A stretch of 25,890 bases of DNA from a virus (lineage: Duplodnaviria; Caudoviricetes): the IMG/VR virus record IMGVR_UViG_3300038674_000458, positions 1 through 25,890 of that record. One strand, written 5' to 3'. The position numbers were made by a program, and so were the translations under genes. How positions within the stretch are numbered: the first letter of the stretch is position 1; the number at the start of each line of letters is the position of its first letter. The notes beneath the pieces are model-generated. The model was not told the DNA's origin. It saw only the letters and a program-made list of their open reading frames with translations, and searched no databases. Shown here one piece after another: positions 25,522-25,890 of the stretch.

Positions 25522-25890
25522 CTGACCACCCGCAAGGTGACGCGCTTGGCCGATTCGATCATCTTCTCCAGCTCCCGCTTGCGTTCTTCGAGCGGCATCT
25601 TCTCGATGGCGTCGAGGTGCTGCACGGGGATCGGCACGCCGTCGCCCTTGGCCGCGGCGCCTGGGGTCTGGATGACAGCCGGCCGGTAGGGGAAGGCGTT
25701 GCGGAGCTTGAATCCCATCTCGAGGTACTTCAGCCTGGTGTAGTAGTCTATGACTTGCTCTATGCGGTCCACGTCTCTGCCGGCGCGGACCTTGACACAC
25801 TCTGTCGCGGAGAGCCCGTCTTTGAGGATGTCCATCAACTGCCGGTCGGAAAGTCCCTCCTGATCCATGAGCTCGGTGATCGCGGGGCCG
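25518..25890 (-). CDS. terS: Terminase small subunit-like protein (5' partial)
   Basis: Frame is open to the right edge. ITELMDQEGLSD..DYYTRLKYLEMGFKL motif. Directly upstream of and coupled to terL. Confidence 0.7.
   Translation of the reverse strand, partial: GPAITELMDQEGLSDRQLMDILKDGLSATECVKVRAGRDVDRIEQVIDYYTRLKYLEMGFKLRNAFPYRPAVIQTPGAAAKGDGVPIPVQHLDAIEKMPLEERKRELEKMIESAKRVTLRVVR

Larger units (their letters stand above)
1..25890 (-). mobile_element. Tailed phage or prophage packaging and morphogenesis module (podovirus-like gene order)
   Basis: Co-oriented terminase, portal, scaffold, capsid, adaptor, nozzle, GNAT and ejection genes with ATGA/TAATG couplings. No tape-measure, sheath or tube genes and no host genes in the window, so free phage versus prophage cannot be decided. 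Confidence 0.95.

Noticed and set aside
13403-25800. Extended ORF-track starts (15517, 13817, 16741, 23997, 25276, 25800)
   Set aside because: The extensions overlap upstream genes and translate as shadow sequence. Downstream starts with an RBS or stop-start coupling were chosen instead.
1-25890. tRNA, rRNA, CRISPR array, integrase or att site, host taxonomy
   Set aside because: Intergenic gaps are tiny and no such signatures were seen. The host cannot be assigned from this sequence alone.

Overview
The whole window is the packaging and morphogenesis region of a high-GC tailed phage or prophage with podovirus-like (P22/T7-type) organisation. Every credible gene is on the minus strand and many are translationally coupled. 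In transcription order (right to left): small terminase (partial); large terminase split into ATPase and nuclease ORFs; five accessory genes including a LamG-like protein; portal; small conserved ORF; scaffold; major capsid; capsid decoration protein; hairpin; a GT9 glycosyltransferase/methyltransferase cassette; tail adaptor; tail nozzle apparently split in two with a low-GC insert; needle/fibre-like protein; GNAT acetyltransferase; two ejection proteins; and a giant (>2048 aa) ejection-type protein. The giant protein is absent from the ORF track because it runs off the left edge. By manual translation it carries an intact GGDEF diguanylate-cyclase domain and a DarB-like N6-adenine methyltransferase plus SF2 helicase. 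It also appears to host up to three small nested genes in its +1 frame, each with its own ribosome-binding site and one with a TATAAT box. All family assignments come from motif recognition and synteny, not database searches. No host genes, tRNA, rRNA or CRISPR array were seen.
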